64,000 nucleotides of DNA from an uncultured Alphaproteobacteria bacterium. GTDB taxonomy: Bacteria; Pseudomonadota; Alphaproteobacteria; UBA8366. Shown here piece by piece: positions 60,427 through 64,000 of the stretch. Location: the NCBI GenBank assembly GCA_963711215.1, contig CAVQDH010000006.1, forward strand, positions 176,737 through 240,736. Direction: 5' to 3'. The first letter of the stretch is position 1; the number at the start of each line of letters is the position of its first letter. The position numbers were made by a program, and so were the translations under genes. The notes under the pieces are model-generated. The model was not told the origin of the DNA and did not search any database. It saw only the letters and a list, made by a program, of their open reading frames with translations.

Positions 60427-61359
60427 TCAGGCGACGAGTCCGAACGGCTTGCTGCCCGGAAGCCCGCGCGCCGCCGCATCGATGTCCTTGGCGTAGGGGA
60501 GGCCCGGCTGCGCCCCGGGCGTGAGGCAGGCGAGGGCCGCGCCCGCGCTGGCGCGCCGCACCGCGTCTTCCATGCCGAACCCTTTGTCGAGGGAGGCGCA
60601 GAGGATGCCGGCGAAGGCATCGCCGGCGCCGGTCGTGTCCACCGGTGTGATGGGCAGGGCCGGCGCATGGAAGCCACCGCCCGGCCCGAAGCAGATGGCG
60701 CCTTCGGCGCCGAGCGTCATGATGCAGGAAAAGCCGAACCGCTTGGTCAGGCCCGAGACGATATCGCCGGGCTTGCCGTAGTCGAGCCCGATCGCGTCGG
60801 CGACCATCCGGCCCTCGATCCGATTGACCAGCAGCACGTCGATGCCGCGCAGGACGCGCTCCGGGGTCGGCCCGGCCGGCGCCGCGCTCAGCATGATCCG
60901 CGCGCCGGCCGCGCGTGCGAGGCTCGCCGCCCGCCAATTCTCGTCCGGCGCCACTTCCATCTGCAGCATCAGCCAATCGCCCGGGCCCGGCGCCCGGGCC
61001 GCCAGCTGCGATGCCCGGGTGTCCCTATTGGCGCCCGAGGCGACGACGATGGCATTCTCGCCGGTCTTGTCGACCCACACCGTGGCGCAGCAGGTCGGCT
61101 TTGACGACAGCCCGACGGCCGTGAGGTCGATCGCCTCGCGGCGGAGCAGCGACATCGCGGTGTCGGCGAAGGCGTCGTGGCCGACGCAGCCGATCATGGC
61201 GACCGGCGCGCCCGCGCGCGCCGCGGCGAGCGCCTGGTTGGCGCCCTTGCCGCCCGGGACGAGGATGTAATCGGGGCAGAGCACGGTCTCGCCGGGCCGT
61301 GGCAGCGCGTCCACCCGCATCACCATGTCGACGTTGATCGAGCCGAAGACGGTGATCAT
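60427..61359 (-). CDS. rbsK: Ribokinase / PfkB-family sugar kinase
   Basis: MITVFGSINVDMV...PGGKGANQA...DTTGAGDAF motifs. Confidence 0.8.
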   Translation of the reverse strand: MITVFGSINVDMVMRVDALPRPGETVLCPDYILVPGGKGANQALAAARAGAPVAMIGCVGHDAFADTAMSLLRREAIDLTAVGLSSKPTCCATVWVDKTGENAIVVASGANRDTRASQLAARAPGPGDWLMLQMEVAPDENWRAASLARAAGARIMLSAAPAGPTPERVLRGIDVLLVNRIEGRMVADAIGLDYGKPGDIVSGLTKRFGFSCIMTLGAEGAICFGPGGGFHAPALPITPVDTTGAGDAFAGILCASLDKGFGMEDAVRRASAGAALACLTPGAQPGLPYAKDIDAAARGLPGSKPFGLVA

Positions 61360-61399
61360 GCACGCATTCCGACAGCGCCGCCCGACCGGCGGCACCGCC

Positions 61400-62227
61400 T
61401 CAATGCGACAATAGGGCCGGAACCGTCAAGTGCTCCAGGATGTGGCGGGTGACGCCGCCGAGGATGAATTCGCGGAAGCGGGAGTGGCCGTAGCCCCCCA
61501 TGACGATCAGATCCGCCCCGCTATCGGAGGCCCGGTTCAGCAGCGCGTCGCCGACCGAGATTCCGGCTGCCGCCGACCGGTGGACCTCGACGTCGATCTT
61601 GTGGTGCGCCAGATGCGCGGCGATGTCCGCGCCCGGCAGATCGCCGATGTCGTCCTTGCCGGCGGTGAAGATCTCCACCTTCTTGGCCTTTTCCAGCAGC
61701 GGCATGGCGTCCGCCAGCGCACGGGAGGCTTCCCGGCTGCCGTTCCAGGCGACGATGACGGTGCGGCCGATGCTCTTGTTCTTCCAGCCGGTCGGAACGA
61801 CGAGGACGGGCCGGCCCGAGCTTACCAGCAGGTCTTCCGCAAGCTCGGCGAAGCGAAAGTCCTGCCCCTCCGGCTTGTTTTGCGGCACGATGGACAGGTC
61901 GGAATAGCGCGCGTGCAGGCCGACCGCCTGGTAGGGCACGCCGTCGTCGACGCGCCATTCCACGCGGTCGCTTCGTCCCGCGTGCCGCGCCTTGGAATCG
62001 AAGAGCTGCTTCGCGCTCGCCAGGCGTTTCGTCTCGCGCTCCTGAAGGATTTCGAGCATCGCCTCGGGCAAGTGGGCTTCCGCATAGGCGGGAACGTCGA
62101 GCGGGGCGCAGACGCCGAGGCCCACGAGATGGGCGTCATGCTGCTCGGCGAGCACGAGCGCCGCGTCGATCGTGGCCCCCGAATCCGCCTCGTTGACCAC
62201 GTGAACAAGCAAGTCCTTGAGCGCCAT
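61400..62227 (-). CDS. Universal stress protein, tandem UspA domains
   Basis: 275 aa. Two Usp repeats, the second with the ATP-binding-type GGYGHSRFREFILGGVT. Confidence 0.85.
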   Translation of the reverse strand: MALKDLLVHVVNEADSGATIDAALVLAEQHDAHLVGLGVCAPLDVPAYAEAHLPEAMLEILQERETKRLASAKQLFDSKARHAGRSDRVEWRVDDGVPYQAVGLHARYSDLSIVPQNKPEGQDFRFAELAEDLLVSSGRPVLVVPTGWKNKSIGRTVIVAWNGSREASRALADAMPLLEKAKKVEIFTAGKDDIGDLPGADIAAHLAHHKIDVEVHRSAAAGISVGDALLNRASDSGADLIVMGGYGHSRFREFILGGVTRHILEHLTVPALLSH

Positions 62228-62356
62228 CGTCCTCTCCTCCCGGCAAGCGTGAAGCTGCTATACTCTTCGCCTCGGCCTGGCGGCGGCGCATTGACATTGA
62301 TCAAGACGGCCGGGCCGCGGCGCGAGAGCTCGAAAAAGGGATTCTAACGGGGAACG

Positions 62357-63148
62357 ATGATCGTCGACAGCCACTTTCACGCCTGGGCGCCGGACAGCCG
62401 GCTTGCCGCCGATCGGGCCTATGCGCCGGCCGAGGTCAAGACGATCGAGGACGCGCTGGCGATCCATGCCCGTCATGGCGTGACGAACGGCGTGATGATC
62501 CAGCCGAGCTTCCTCGGCACCGACAACGGCTACATCCTCGATTGCCTGAAAGCGCATCCGGACCGGCTGCGCGCCACCGTCGTCGTCGATCCCGATATCC
62601 CGGAAACGGAGCTGGAGGCGATGGACCGGCTCGGCGTCTTGGGTTTCCGGCTGAACCTGCACAGCGCGAAGACCATGCCCAACTACGCCAGCCCGGTGTA
62701 TCACCGGCTCTACGATTGGGCGGCGGCGCATGACTGGCATGTGGAGGTGATTGCCCAGGGCGCGATCTGGGCCGACGTGCTGCTGCGCCTCAAGCCCTGG
62801 AAGCTGACCGTCGTCGTCGATCATTTCGGCATGCCGAGCCCGAGCGCCGATCCCGAGGAAATCGGCTTCGGCGCGGTGCTGGAGGCCGGGCGGGAAGGCA
62901 GGGCGTGGGTGAAATTCTCGGCGCCCTACCGTCAGGAGGCGGGCGACCTGCGGCGCAATGCGTCGCGTCTCTTGGCGGCTTTCGGGCGCGACCGCATCGT
63001 CTGGGCCAGCGATTATCCCTGGACGAAGCATGAGGCGGGCCGGAGCTATCAGGCCTTGCTCGATGCCTTGGCCGAGTGGGCGCCCGACGACACCCTTCGA
63101 CAAGCCATTCTCGGGACGAATGCGGCGCGGCTATTCCGGTTTCGCTGA
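62357..63148 (+). CDS. Amidohydrolase-2 family hydrolase (2-pyrone-4,6-dicarboxylate-lactonase-like)
   Basis: MIVDSHFHAW...VVDHFGMP...WASDYPW motifs. Confidence 0.75.
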   Translation: MIVDSHFHAWAPDSRLAADRAYAPAEVKTIEDALAIHARHGVTNGVMIQPSFLGTDNGYILDCLKAHPDRLRATVVVDPDIPETELEAMDRLGVLGFRLNLHSAKTMPNYASPVYHRLYDWAAAHDWHVEVIAQGAIWADVLLRLKPWKLTVVVDHFGMPSPSADPEEIGFGAVLEAGREGRAWVKFSAPYRQEAGDLRRNASRLLAAFGRDRIVWASDYPWTKHEAGRSYQALLDALAEWAPDDTLRQAILGTNAARLFRFR

Positions 63149-63167
63149 CCGGGCCGGCGCCGCGGCG

Positions 63168-63419
63168 TCAGTTCCGGAACGGGTGGCGCTTGTCGATATT
63201 GCAGAGATCCAGGACTTCGTCGAATTCCAGAACGTCGTATTCCTCACCGAGGAAGGCGATGTCGTCCTCGACATCGAAGTCCGTGTCCTCGCCGAACGTG
63301 TCTTCGATCTGATCGGCGTAATCGTCGAAGCCGTCGGCGAGAATTTCTTCGCGCGCTATGCCGATGACGCGGTGATCCTCGCGCTCGACCTGGTGAGCCC
63401 CGATTTTTGAACGGGCCAT
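63168..63419 (-). CDS. Small, highly acidic protein of unknown function (83 aa)
   Basis: GAGGGG RBS and good GC3 bias. By my count about 26 of 83 residues are D/E, concentrated in residues 24-76. Confidence 0.6.
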   Translation of the reverse strand: MARSKIGAHQVEREDHRVIGIAREEILADGFDDYADQIEDTFGEDTDFDVEDDIAFLGEEYDVLEFDEVLDLCNIDKRHPFRN

Positions 63420-63691
63420 ATTCTTTGTCCCCTCATAAACAAACGCTGATGGCGTTCTGCCATATACGAGGCTATCGGCGATTTATTTAAAATTTTGTAA
63501 ACGGCAGAGGCGGTTGCCCGACGATTTTTCGCCCTCGGTGATGGAATGGCACGGTATGGGATGGGGCGTCGCGAGAAGGACACCCGGCGCGATGTCCGCG
63601 GCTGCCGACAAAACCATATTCCGCCGGCCCGCGTTGCTGCTACGATGCGTCGAACCCTCAAGGCACGGGCCTTGATTTCCGGACTATCGCC

Positions 63692-64000
63692 ATGACGAAC
63701 ATCGAATTATTGCGCGCGGCCTATTTCCGGCTTCCGGTCGACCGGGAGACGGTGGCGCAGGACTGGCTCGGCCGCGGCTACTCCTGCCATGACTTCGTCG
63801 ACCCGCCCGGGCGCGCCTGGCTCGACTTCCTGCACGACTGCAATGAGCTGCTCACCGTGATCGAGGGGCGGCTCGAGCTCGAGGTCAAGGGCCGGCGCGT
63901 GACGGTTTCGCCGGGCGACGAAGTGTTCATCCCGAAAGGCGCCAGCCATTCGGTTTTCAACGTCCACGACGGTACGACGGTCTGGCTATACGGCTACGAT
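63692..64000 (+). CDS. Cupin-domain protein, 3' end beyond the window
   Basis: The ATG at 63692 gives MTNIELLRAAYFRLPVDRETVAQDW...LTVIEGRLELEVKGRRVTVSPGDEVFIPKGASHSVFN. Open to the window edge. Confidence 0.65.
   Translation, partial: MTNIELLRAAYFRLPVDRETVAQDWLGRGYSCHDFVDPPGRAWLDFLHDCNELLTVIEGRLELEVKGRRVTVSPGDEVFIPKGASHSVFNVHDGTTVWLYGYD

Overview
GC-rich window with strong GC3 codon bias and many arginine/alanine-rich antisense shadow ORFs. It looks like an alphaproteobacterial (Hyphomicrobiales-like) chromosomal segment dominated by metabolism, transport and signalling. I support about 55 genes.

Left to right:
- a LuxR-type regulator interrupted by an amber codon
- a DUF169 / O-methyltransferase pair
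- a five-gene peptide/opine-type ABC importer
- a GNAT acetyltransferase
- a soluble globin-coupled chemoreceptor with a PilZ-like tail
- an HSL-family esterase
- two adjacent LuxR-type regulators with degenerate receiver domains
- OmpW and an isochorismatase-like hydrolase
- an oxalate/formate catabolic island (ADP-forming acyl-CoA synthetase, frc, oxc, GntR regulator, tctCBA, two-subunit NAD-type formate dehydrogenase)
- a third degenerate-receiver LuxR regulator
- a PRC-barrel protein, an ECF sigma/anti-sigma pair and a Cu-type P-type ATPase with a CueR-type operator
- a three-subunit molybdenum hydroxylase plus an amidohydrolase-2 enzyme
- two TauD/TfdA dioxygenase paralogues, one of them in a CoA-transferase / enoyl-CoA hydratase / racemase-like cluster
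- an RND efflux pair
- a zur-znuC-znuB-DUF983 operon with a Zur box
- a large FecR/DUF4114/RTX secreted protein
- ribokinase, a tandem Usp protein, an amidohydrolase, a small acidic protein and a cupin

I saw no rRNA, tRNA, CRISPR array, transposase, integrase or phage genes.

The most striking global property is 17 single-site reading-frame lesions (16 frameshifts and 1 in-frame TAG) in 16 otherwise well-conserved genes. These are either uncorrected indel errors or genuine recent pseudogenisation.

Other structure not explained by genes:
- a 103-bp double-hairpin REP/MITE-like element in two copies
- AT-rich islands carrying a conserved cis-module at the same distance upstream of two signalling genes
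- operator-like palindromes for the GntR, CueR-type and Zur regulators

All functional calls come from my own reading of the translated ORFs. No database search was run.
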